IMG/VR virus record: IMGVR_UViG_3300047564_001818
Strand: one strand, 5' to 3'
DNA: 64,000 nt
Source: a virus
Taxonomy: Duplodnaviria; Caudoviricetes
This document shows positions 47,403 through 55,690 of the stretch, piece by piece. Every line of letters begins with the position of its first letter. Position 1 is the first letter of the stretch. Both the position numbers and the translations under genes were made by a program. The notes beneath the pieces are model-generated. The model had not been told where the DNA came from, did not search any database, and was given only the letters and a program-made list of their open reading frames with translations.

Positions 47403-48377
47403 TTAAAATAACATACTAAAAAGTAATGATCTATTCTTACTTACTAATTCGTCTCTAGTTTGATTAGCATTTGCGAAATAAATCCCAGTCTTACCAGTAT
47501 ATTCGTCTGAAATATAAATTTTTGCACCGTTACTAGGAAAACTTGGACTTGTGCTAGGATCGTTGTCACCAGGTACACTATTAATATGTAATACATCATC
47601 AACTCTTATACTACCAGTTCCTGATGATTTTAATACTAGATCACTATTACTAGTAAGTGTATCTATAGTTGTTCCTGCGATTCTTATTTCATCAAATTCC
47701 CAGCGGTCAATAAAAAGCTGACTTACAGTAACTCCATCAATAGCAAAATTAATTACACTGTCGACTCCACTAGTTTCTTCGTCGACCACAATAATACTCG
47801 ATGTTGATATTACTCCGTCACCTATCTGTCCAAGAAACACTGTAGAAAATGCTGTAGTAATTGCATCGTCTACATATTTTTTATTTGTAATATGATCGTC
47901 GTCGGTAACATTTACTTCATAGTTTGTAGTTCCAGTAACGCTGATTACTCCTGTGCCGCTGTTTATTAAATAAAGGTCGCCGCCGCCAGTTGATATACTG
48001 TTAGTCCTAATTCCAACTAAAGATCCTTCGTTGTCTCTAAAAACAAATCCGCCTGTTTTAGTAGTTTCTGTATTTGGATCTCTCCAGGTTATGTTTTCGT
48101 TAAATGTAAAGAATGCGTCAGAAAATGTACCTCGGTCTATTCTTAACCCTGCTTCGTCAAGTGTAATACCTGCTCCAGTTTCTCCGCTATTAACAACGAT
48201 AATATTGTCTCTAACAGCTAAATCTTCACTTTGAACCGTTGTAGTATTACCCTCAACAATTAAGTCGCCTGTAATAACAACTTGACCTTGTTCAGAACCT
48301 GTATTCAATCTTATTTGGCCGCCTTCTTGTACGGTTACATAAAAATTGCCATTTGGTACATTAATAAATCTTGACAT
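47403..48377 (-). CDS. Virion fibre/structural protein
   Basis: GDLIVEGNTTTVQS..L.V.DNIIVVN, AGLRIDRG and TNKKYVD fibre motifs. Confidence 0.7.
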   Translation of the reverse strand: MSRFINVPNGNFYVTVQEGGQIRLNTGSEQGQVVITGDLIVEGNTTTVQSEDLAVRDNIIVVNSGETGAGITLDEAGLRIDRGTFSDAFFTFNENITWRDPNTETTKTGGFVFRDNEGSLVGIRTNSISTGGGDLYLINSGTGVISVTGTTNYEVNVTDDDHITNKKYVDDAITTAFSTVFLGQIGDGVISTSSIIVVDEETSGVDSVINFAIDGVTVSQLFIDRWEFDEIRIAGTTIDTLTSNSDLVLKSSGTGSIRVDDVLHINSVPGDNDPSTSPSFPSNGAKIYISDEYTGKTGIYFANANQTRDELVSKNRSLLFSMLF

Positions 48378-48418
48378 TTACGATCCTTAGTATGGGGGGA
48401 TTGCTCCCCCCATAATCA

Positions 48419-48838
48419 TTAAAGTGCTGTTAAAACAATATAATCGTTTGAGCTATCGTTTTCTAGATACCAAGTATATTTGTTTCCAGAAAAGTCAGTT
48501 GCTACTCGCTTAGTTATTTTTGCAATAGCTACTTCTGCGCTGGTTACATCGCCGCCTGATGGTGTTGCATAACCAACTAATCTCATTTGTCCTAATGCCG
48601 AAGGTGTAGCAGATTGTAATACACAAGTTACAGTATCAGTACTGTCTTTGCCTTTATTTCCTGCTAGATTTCCTACTCTAGTTACTTTAAAAGTTTTTGC
48701 ACCACGTTGTTTAACAATAGCACCATCTGTTCTTAATGAAGTGCCGTCATGAAATGCAATTCTTATACCAGCAGCCGAACTGGTAAAAGAACCAATAACA
48801 TCTACTCCGTTTATATCTTTTCTTAATGGACGTCCCAT
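48419..48838 (-). CDS. Hypothetical protein directly downstream of the major capsid gene (possible head decoration)
   Basis: MGRPLRKD...IVKQRGAKTFKV; own late promoter (48921-48928) and structured leader. Confidence 0.65.
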   Translation of the reverse strand: MGRPLRKDINGVDVIGSFTSSAAGIRIAFHDGTSLRTDGAIVKQRGAKTFKVTRVGNLAGNKGKDSTDTVTCVLQSATPSALGQMRLVGYATPSGGDVTSAEVAIAKITKRVATDFSGNKYTWYLENDSSNDYIVLTAL

Positions 48839-48916
48839 TGTTTTCTCCTTGACGTTCTAGGTCTACGCGGTGGGTCAATTCCGCATAAGTCCTCCGAATG
48901 AGGCACGATTAACGAC
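48839..48916 (-). ncRNA. Candidate structured cis-regulatory 5' leader
   Basis: Two hairpins plus a closing helix ending at the AAGGAG SD; G-U pairs work only on the minus (transcribed) strand. Confidence 0.5.
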
Positions 48917-48945
48917 AAAGTATTTATCAAATTTGTATAAGTCAT

Positions 48946-48974
48946 AAAAATAGGCCCCGTAGGGCCTATTTTTT
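48946..48974. terminator. Bidirectional intrinsic terminator after major capsid gene
   Basis: AAAAA-TAGGCCC-CGTA-GGGCCTA-TTTTT (UACG tetraloop on the minus strand). Confidence 0.9.
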
Positions 48975-48990
48975 AAGTTATATATACCTA

Positions 48991-50160
48991 TTAGCTGAAG
49001 CTTACGTTGCCGCTAGTGATAGCAACTTTACCTAGGTAGTCTGCTGCGTTACCAAGTGTCGAAGCAGTGTTTGTTAGTTCAACATAACCATAGCGAGTCA
49101 TGAAGCTCACAGTTGGTTCGAATGTTGACGGATCTAGTACAACACCGCTGCTCATCAATGGAATGTATGGGCAGTAGAATGCGGCTGCGTCTGATTCTGA
49201 AGAACCTTTGTAACCGATCAGTACTGCTGAGTCATCTGCTGCGTATGTATTTACATATACACGCATAGCATTATTCAAAGTACCAACCATCTTAGTGTTA
49301 GTTGGTGCTTCAAAAGTACCTTCAGTTGTACGAGCAAACGCTGAAGTAGTTGCTGACTGAAGAATTGTTAGCGCGAATGGGCTAACAACTGCCCAGTTAC
49401 CAGCACCACGACGTGTACGCTGTGCAATCAAGTTGCTTACACGGTTGATTTGAACTGCTAGAGCAGCATGTTCGTCACCAACGAATGTAGCAGTACCGCT
49501 TACAGCAGCTTGGTCGTAAGTTTGGTACACACTAGCAAGAGTGCCTAGAGAATTAAGTACTTCTTGGTCGATTTCAGCAGTAATCTCTTGTGCAAGAGCA
49601 GCCATGATTTCTGCTTCAACGTCGATGCCATGCTGTGACTGTGCGTCTTGAGCAGCTTCGAAAGTCCAGCGTGCGCTGATCTTACGAGTTTTGGCTTCAA
49701 CAGTTTGCTTCAAGATTTGAATGCTTAGTCTGTTACCAGCTGTGCCTTCTGCTGCGGCAGTTGCAGCAGCTTTACCAGCAGTAGTACCTGTATATGCTTC
49801 AGCGATCTTGAATGGGCTTAGGGCTTCTTCACCTGCAACTGCACCTGAAGCGCCTGAGCCAAATGTGTCCGCATAACGAACACGTAGAGTGTGGATTTGA
49901 CCCACAGGACCTGTCATTGGCTGAACGCCAATGAGTTCGTTAGCAATGACTGTTGGCATTACACGACGAATAACTGGTAGGATAACACGGTTGAGTGTTG
50001 CGACATTACCGGCAGAAGTAGCACCAGCTGTAGCAGTTTCTGCTAGATAACGACGAGTGTTCTCTAGTGTAGTTGCCATTACAGCTTTTTTATTGCCTTG
50101 TAGGCCTTCAAGAAGTGCTGTCTTCGTATCCTGCCAGCGACTTTCTAGTAGTTCTGACAT
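48991..50160 (-). CDS. gp23: Major capsid protein
   Basis: LPVIRRVMP, GVQPMTGPVGQIHTLRVRY, VEAKTRKISARWTFEAAQD, EITAEIDQE, FYCPYIPL, TRYG motifs. Confidence 0.97.
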   Translation of the reverse strand: MSELLESRWQDTKTALLEGLQGNKKAVMATTLENTRRYLAETATAGATSAGNVATLNRVILPVIRRVMPTVIANELIGVQPMTGPVGQIHTLRVRYADTFGSGASGAVAGEEALSPFKIAEAYTGTTAGKAAATAAAEGTAGNRLSIQILKQTVEAKTRKISARWTFEAAQDAQSQHGIDVEAEIMAALAQEITAEIDQEVLNSLGTLASVYQTYDQAAVSGTATFVGDEHAALAVQINRVSNLIAQRTRRGAGNWAVVSPFALTILQSATTSAFARTTEGTFEAPTNTKMVGTLNNAMRVYVNTYAADDSAVLIGYKGSSESDAAAFYCPYIPLMSSGVVLDPSTFEPTVSFMTRYGYVELTNTASTLGNAADYLGKVAITSGNVSFS

Positions 50161-50170
50161 TATTATCTCC

Positions 50171-51274
50171 TTAATTTAATCCAGCTAGACGGCGTAAGTC
50201 TAATACGTTACTGTCGTCTGCTTTACTACTAATGTTAGATTGTGACTGAGTGTCACGGTTGCCTGTTACTTCTTTGCCTTCTGATAATATTGCCTTCTGC
50301 TTCGCTGGACCTTTACCGTCGATAACTGTCGGTAGATACTTTTCAAACGCAGTTTGTAGTCTGCCTGTTTGAACACTTTCCAGTAAGTCTGTCATTATTT
50401 CGCGTTGATCTTTACTTAACGGAGAAATTAACTCGTTAATTGTTTTTTCACGCTTAACAGATTCTTCGAGACGCTTTCTTTGAGCTTCTGTTGCTTCTGC
50501 TAGTTTCTTTGCTTTTGCAGCAAATGCTTTTGTTTCTGCTAGTTGCTTGTTTTTTACATCAAGAACTTTTAGAAGTTTCGCAGTTTCTGAACTTTCATTT
50601 AGATATGAAACTCCGTACTCTGCCGCAAATGCTTCAAATATTTTACGACCAAAGTCGTTTCTTCGTGCTGTGTTAATATCTTCTTTAAGCGCATTGATCT
50701 CAGCTTTGAGACCTTTTGCAACTGTTTCAGATACTGCACGAGCACTTCTTTCGATAAAGTCTTTTTTAACTTTAGCGAAGTGTTCTTTAGCTTCACGTAC
50801 TAAACGTACTTTTGTTTCAGCTAAATCTTTTTTATCTTCGTAAAATTCTGCGATTTCATTTGATAGGGCTTCTACCACAAACTCTTCAAGCTTGGCATAG
50901 TTTTCAGCCATTGCTCGTTTGTCTGCATGTAGTTCTAAGATTTCTTTTTGTAGTTGTTCTACTACAAAACCTTTTAGAAGATTTGCATTTTCACGCATAG
51001 CTACTGCATAACGTGCTTTTGCTTCTGCTAGTTGTTTGCGATCTGTTGCAAACTCTGCAATTTCTTCTTGAAGACGCTCAGATAGCATAGCATCAATTGC
51101 TTCTACCATTGTCTGCTTATCATGCTCATACTTCTGTGCGAATTCTTCGCGAAGATCAGCGGTAGCAGCACGACGGTTTTCGGCAACCTTTGCTTCCCAA
51201 GCTTCTTCAATCTGTGCCCTGACCTCTTGTGAAACAACATCGTTTTCGAAGAGTGTTTTCAGTGCATCTATCAT
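50171..51274 (-). CDS. gp22: Prohead core scaffolding protein
   Basis: Coiled-coil, Glu/Lys/Ala-rich, between protease and capsid genes. Confidence 0.85.
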   Translation of the reverse strand: MIDALKTLFENDVVSQEVRAQIEEAWEAKVAENRRAATADLREEFAQKYEHDKQTMVEAIDAMLSERLQEEIAEFATDRKQLAEAKARYAVAMRENANLLKGFVVEQLQKEILELHADKRAMAENYAKLEEFVVEALSNEIAEFYEDKKDLAETKVRLVREAKEHFAKVKKDFIERSARAVSETVAKGLKAEINALKEDINTARRNDFGRKIFEAFAAEYGVSYLNESSETAKLLKVLDVKNKQLAETKAFAAKAKKLAEATEAQRKRLEESVKREKTINELISPLSKDQREIMTDLLESVQTGRLQTAFEKYLPTVIDGKGPAKQKAILSEGKEVTGNRDTQSQSNISSKADDSNVLDLRRLAGLN

Positions 51275-51288
51275 ACCATTCTCCTAGT

Positions 51289-51912
51289 TTATTGGAGTTT
51301 GCTGATTATGTTAATCAGCGATTCCTTTAGATACTTTTGTGCCTTTTCGTCGTGTCTTGTTGCCTGTGCTAGTTCGTATGCCTTGTAACCTCCGCGGGCA
51401 TTCATTAGATGCTCGTAGATTGGTGTTGGGTATGCACCTGGGGCGCTAGGCTGTGCTACAACGTCCACGGTGATGATTTCAAAATCAGAGACGGTGTTTG
51501 AACCGTCTTCTGATACATTGCCGCTACCTCTCGATGAGACACCTAGTTTAACGCCAGCTTCAAGCATGGTTTTAACTAGTTGCCCCATCGGTGTTGGTAG
51601 GATTTTTAGTTTTCCGTAACCATTTGGACCATCCATCCACATTTCATTAATCATGTGGCTAACTCTGTCCAAGTTTATATTAAGGCCTTCTGGATGATCC
51701 ACTTCTCCGAGAACACTATATCCTCCAGTTATTTGATCATTGAGAGTTTTGACAGCCCTGCCTATTTCATTTACAGGATACACTCGCTGATTAGCGTTGC
51801 GAACGCCGCCTTGAATGCAAATACCTTTCATAAAAAGGTCTTTGCCTTCGTTAACGTTTTCGACAACTATCCTAGCTTGGTCGAATGTCAAATGCTCTCG
51901 TAAGTTTCTCAT
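51289..51912 (-). CDS. gp21: Prohead core protease
   Basis: NANQRVYP, LGEVDHP, NLDRVSH and GVSSRGSG motifs. Confidence 0.95.
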   Translation of the reverse strand: MRNLREHLTFDQARIVVENVNEGKDLFMKGICIQGGVRNANQRVYPVNEIGRAVKTLNDQITGGYSVLGEVDHPEGLNINLDRVSHMINEMWMDGPNGYGKLKILPTPMGQLVKTMLEAGVKLGVSSRGSGNVSEDGSNTVSDFEIITVDVVAQPSAPGAYPTPIYEHLMNARGGYKAYELAQATRHDEKAQKYLKESLINIISKLQ

Positions 51913-51933
51913 TCAAACTTCCTTAATCTTGCC

Positions 51934-52947
51934 TTACTTTGCGCGGCTGCTTAACTTGTTAAGTGTGCTAGTTGCGCCTTTATCGGCAGTGTCTGGCTTG
52001 CCCTTTTTCTCAGCGCCGTGGCCAGGTTGAGCAGTCATTTTAGTGGCTGCTTTTGCTCCAGGAACGTTTACGTTCTTGGTATTCATATCTTTTGTTGTTG
52101 GTGCAGCTAGACCGCCTTTAGTGCCTGCTGATTTGCTTTCGCCACCTTTTGCAATGTTAGCACTTGTGCCGCCCATGTTGTTTGGCTTTGCTACTGCTGA
52201 CTTAGTGTTTACTCCGTTGTCGCCGCCGATCTTTGAACCTAGATCACCACCGTTAACTTTTTCAACATACTCACGCATTTGCTCAGAAGCTGACTTCTTG
52301 TCTTTTTTGTCATCCTTCTTCATCATCTTTTTTGCTTCTTCTAGATCGTCGTCAGCTTCAAACGCAAAAGATTCTTTTTCTTCTTCGTCGTCTTCACCTT
52401 CTTCGTCTTCTTCGTCTTCTTCGTCGTCACCTTCGTCGTCCATGTCCATATCCATGTCCATGTCGTCGCCTTCGTCGTCGCCGCCCATTAGCTTTTCAAA
52501 CTCTGCTTTTAGGTCTTCTAGTGCGTCTTCTAGATCATCTAAACGACCTTCAGTGTCGCCGCCTTCGTCGCCCATGTCCATATCCATATCTATGTCATCG
52601 CCGCCTTCGTCGTCCATGCCAAGGTCTGCCATCATGTCGTCAGTTGGGTCGCCGCCCATGTCCATTGGATCTGCTTCTACTTCAAACTCATCAAGGTCGA
52701 AGCCTTCGTCTAGATCGTCGTCTGACTCATCTACTTCTTCGTCGTCTGACTCGTCTAGGTCGTCGTCTGACTCATCCACTTCTTCGTCGTCTGCTTCGTC
52801 TACTTCTTGATCTTCGTCTTCTAGAAGTGACTCGTAAATATCACGTGACTTTTCTACTACGATTTCGTGGAAAAGTTCTTCTGCTGCTGCTCTGTCTTCG
52901 TTGATAAGAAGCTCTAGCATTTTTTCAAATTTGCTTAGATCTGCCAT
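51934..52947 (-). CDS. Highly acidic prohead core protein (gp67/68-like role)
   Basis: Long Asp/Glu and MDMDMD tracts, Lys/Gly-rich C-terminus; AGGAG SD; upstream of gp21. Confidence 0.65.
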   Translation of the reverse strand: MADLSKFEKMLELLINEDRAAAEELFHEIVVEKSRDIYESLLEDEDQEVDEADDEEVDESDDDLDESDDEEVDESDDDLDEGFDLDEFEVEADPMDMGGDPTDDMMADLGMDDEGGDDIDMDMDMGDEGGDTEGRLDDLEDALEDLKAEFEKLMGGDDEGDDMDMDMDMDDEGDDEEDEEDEEGEDDEEEKESFAFEADDDLEEAKKMMKKDDKKDKKSASEQMREYVEKVNGGDLGSKIGGDNGVNTKSAVAKPNNMGGTSANIAKGGESKSAGTKGGLAAPTTKDMNTKNVNVPGAKAATKMTAQPGHGAEKKGKPDTADKGATSTLNKLSSRAK

Positions 52948-53065
52948 TTCAAACTCCTATAAATGTTGATCGCACTGGTTCAGTGCGGGGCTGTCATATT
53001 ATATTTAACATTTATATGAAAAAGTGCGCAGAAATAGGCTCAAAACGAGACTATTTTGCTTTACA

Positions 53066-53659
53066 TTAGGTTATCCTGAAGTTTTTTTTGAATTCTTCGA
53101 TGGATATATGTGTTAAGTTTGGTAGTTTACTCAGTTCATTTGGGACAAATACATTTTCTCCCAACACTCGTATATATCTCTTTTTTGAAAACTTTTGAAC
53201 TGTAGTTGTAGTTTGTTTAAGCCAATTTCCAAAGTATGTGGCTCTTTCGTTACTGCGTTTATAGTTGAACGTGTCGGCATATACATTGTTTACGTATTCG
53301 CCGTTTACACCTAGACCTTTGTAATCAAATCCTAATATATAGATTTCGTCACTACCGTGATCACTGGCCATATGCAATGCTGTTGGACCTGAACTCCATC
53401 CTTTTGATGGAGTAAAGAAATTAAAACCTGACATTTTGCTGAATGCTTTGTTAGGATTAGTCCATACTGAACATCTATGCTGTACTGACTCTTTGTTCAG
53501 TTCAATGATCATTTTAGTATCAACTGCTACAAGATAGTCAGGCAAAAACTCTCTGTATATAGCATTACACCCATATACAGATCCATACTGTTTTAGTTCA
53601 CTGAGATTTATAGATTTACGACTGGTACCATTACCTAGTACAAATGCTACTTTCTTCAA
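53066..53659 (-). CDS. CstII(GT42)/Maf-DUF115-like putative glycosyltransferase
   Basis: 'KKVAFVLGNGTS...GCNAIY...SSGPTALHMA...EIYILGFDY' mirrors the CstII/Maf motif order; TTG start with GGAG SD 8 nt upstream. Confidence 0.55.
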   Translation of the reverse strand: MKKVAFVLGNGTSRKSINLSELKQYGSVYGCNAIYREFLPDYLVAVDTKMIIELNKESVQHRCSVWTNPNKAFSKMSGFNFFTPSKGWSSGPTALHMASDHGSDEIYILGFDYKGLGVNGEYVNNVYADTFNYKRSNERATYFGNWLKQTTTTVQKFSKKRYIRVLGENVFVPNELSKLPNLTHISIEEFKKNFRIT

Positions 53660-53662
53660 ACA

Positions 53663-53911
53663 TTAAACTCCGCCAGTTTCTGCGTTAGCTGCTAAGCCAT
53701 ACATCTGCTTAATAAAGTCAAGCTCTTTACGCTTTTCTTCTGTATGTAGCTCGCTAGCTTTTCGAATTCTATTGATCTGGCGAAGTGTTAATCTTGTTTT
53801 GCGTGTATCTTTTTTCTCAACTGGTGAGTCATCATACTCTTCCTCGTAGCGTTTATCTTCTACGGGTTCTACAGTTTCTCTATCAAAATAAAATAATTCA
53901 CGCAGTATCAT
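53663..53911 (-). CDS. Small conserved-type head-module protein
   Basis: MILRELF...RKTRLTLRQINRIRK; TATAAATA at 53917-53924, 5 nt before ATG. Confidence 0.75.
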   Translation of the reverse strand: MILRELFYFDRETVEPVEDKRYEEEYDDSPVEKKDTRKTRLTLRQINRIRKASELHTEEKRKELDFIKQMYGLAANAETGGV

Positions 53912-53919
53912 ATTATTAT

Positions 53920-55677
53920 TTATACCGTTTGGTTAGTTGTTGGCGGAGGCGAACCTAAGTCTTGTCCTGTAGCAGTTTCAGGACCTGCGCCTTCGCCTCC
54001 ATCTACTGGTGGCGGCTCTTCTCCAGTTTCATCTTCTAGTCCGCCAAGATCAGCATCTATGCCAGCACCGCTAATGCCAGCATCTCTCATTTCAGCACTA
54101 GCATCGCCTGGTGTAGGATCAAGATTTTCTTCGTTTTCTTCTCTCCACAAGCGTTCGTTTTCTGCTATCTCTTCTTCGGTCATGCCTAGGAATCGTTTCA
54201 TTGCAAAACGATTTGAGATATAGGGTATTTGACTCATTTGAGTATATGTTGGAACTCTAGCGTTGTCAATTTCTGATTGACGATAAGCAGCAAAGTTTTG
54301 TGGTGGTTGGAATTTGAGATCAAACATACTTGTGTCTATGTTAATGCCTTTTTCTAACATATAACGTTTGAACTCTTGATCAAACTCTTCTACTATTAGG
54401 TTTTGCAGACGTTCACAATAGGTGTTAAAACGAAGTTCTTGTATGTAGGCTGTGCCCACACGTCCGTCATTATATTGAGCAGCTGAGTCATCTGCCCCAG
54501 TTGGTAGGTACGAACTTGGGATACGCAATCCGCGTACCAGCTTATTAGTGAAGTATCGTAGATCATCAATCTCTCCTAGGTTAGTACCGCCTGGCAGTGT
54601 TTCAACTTTTGATCCACGTCCTTCTGCTGTTTGTGGGAAGAAGTAGTCTTCGTTAATACTCAACGGATTGTAGCTGCTGTCAATAACATTTTGGCCGCCG
54701 CCTGTCGAACTAGGAATACGTCTTTGATGTATTTCATTTTTAACACGCTCAACAAACGCCATAGCAAGGTGACTAGGCATGTTACCCACATCAACATAGA
54801 ACACACGTCTTTCAGGAGCACGTTGCACACGATAGATAATAATAGCATCTTCAAGCAGTTCTTTTTGTTTGTAAACTTTGAAGATAGTTTCTAATAAGCT
54901 GTTGCCAAATGGAAAGTTGTTGTCTAAGCCTTCTGAGAGACTGAGGTGTACCATATGTTTGGCTTCGATGGCCCATTCATTTTGATCAGTTTGGAAACGA
55001 CTTCCACTCATGCTTGACTGTGGTTGTCCTACCATACCTCTAGCATTGCCTACAGGTTGATATTGACTTCCTCCAGTGCCACCAGTTATAGTGCCGCTTA
55101 CTTGGAATGGAGTTGTAGCAACACCTTCAACAAAGTTAAAGTTTATATTTTTGACCATATACTGTTCAGGAACTTTGCCTTCTGATTCATTAACAATAAT
55201 ACGAGTAACGTTAGCAGGATCAACATGGAACCAACGCTTAGTTTCTGGATCACGAAGGAAGAACTGATCGCCAAACTTAAAAACATTTCTTAGTATTTTA
55301 AATATTCTTGTTTCAAACTCTTGCAGCTTGCACCACTGTTGTAGATACTTCTGAATGATTGTAACTTCTGAGTTTGTGGCCTGTTGTTTGTATTCTACAA
55401 TAAACGGAGTATTGTTTTGTTTGTTTTTTTGAGTTGTAAACTCTGCTAGAATATCAAGCGCAGCATTAACTTCACTGTCTAAGTCCATAGTATTATATTG
55501 ACCATAGCGTTCAACTCTGTTGGGAGATCCAACATACACATCAGGTAGATAGCTTGAATAGTTAGAGCGAGCAGGGCCTGCCATGCCTCCGCCATTTCTT
55601 AGATTAGTAAAAGGGCTATAACTACCGTTTGGGTTATTTGCTGTAGGCACGGGGGTAAAATACTTTTTCCAGCTCAT
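53920..55677 (-). CDS. gp20: Portal protein
   Basis: LLEDAIIIYRVQRAPERRVFYVDVGNMP and EDYFFPQTAEGRGSKVETLPGG motifs. Confidence 0.97.
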   Translation of the reverse strand: MSWKKYFTPVPTANNPNGSYSPFTNLRNGGGMAGPARSNYSSYLPDVYVGSPNRVERYGQYNTMDLDSEVNAALDILAEFTTQKNKQNNTPFIVEYKQQATNSEVTIIQKYLQQWCKLQEFETRIFKILRNVFKFGDQFFLRDPETKRWFHVDPANVTRIIVNESEGKVPEQYMVKNINFNFVEGVATTPFQVSGTITGGTGGSQYQPVGNARGMVGQPQSSMSGSRFQTDQNEWAIEAKHMVHLSLSEGLDNNFPFGNSLLETIFKVYKQKELLEDAIIIYRVQRAPERRVFYVDVGNMPSHLAMAFVERVKNEIHQRRIPSSTGGGQNVIDSSYNPLSINEDYFFPQTAEGRGSKVETLPGGTNLGEIDDLRYFTNKLVRGLRIPSSYLPTGADDSAAQYNDGRVGTAYIQELRFNTYCERLQNLIVEEFDQEFKRYMLEKGINIDTSMFDLKFQPPQNFAAYRQSEIDNARVPTYTQMSQIPYISNRFAMKRFLGMTEEEIAENERLWREENEENLDPTPGDASAEMRDAGISGAGIDADLGGLEDETGEEPPPVDGGEGAGPETATGQDLGSPPPTTNQTV

Positions 55678-55690
55678 CTATATTCTCCTA

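Noticed and set aside
52043-52904. Long plus-strand ORFs (255 aa Ser-rich and 190 aa Arg/Leu-rich)
   Set aside because: They are antisense shadows of the low-complexity acidic gene 51934..52947 (GAC/GAA/ATG repeats give no stops on the other strand); no SD or promoter.
53631-53663. TAATG-coupled 10-codon ORF (MFEESSICTR) after 53663..53911
   Set aside because: The GGAG SD is 8 nt from the TTG at 53659 but only 4 nt from this ATG; the TTG frame gives the motif-bearing protein.
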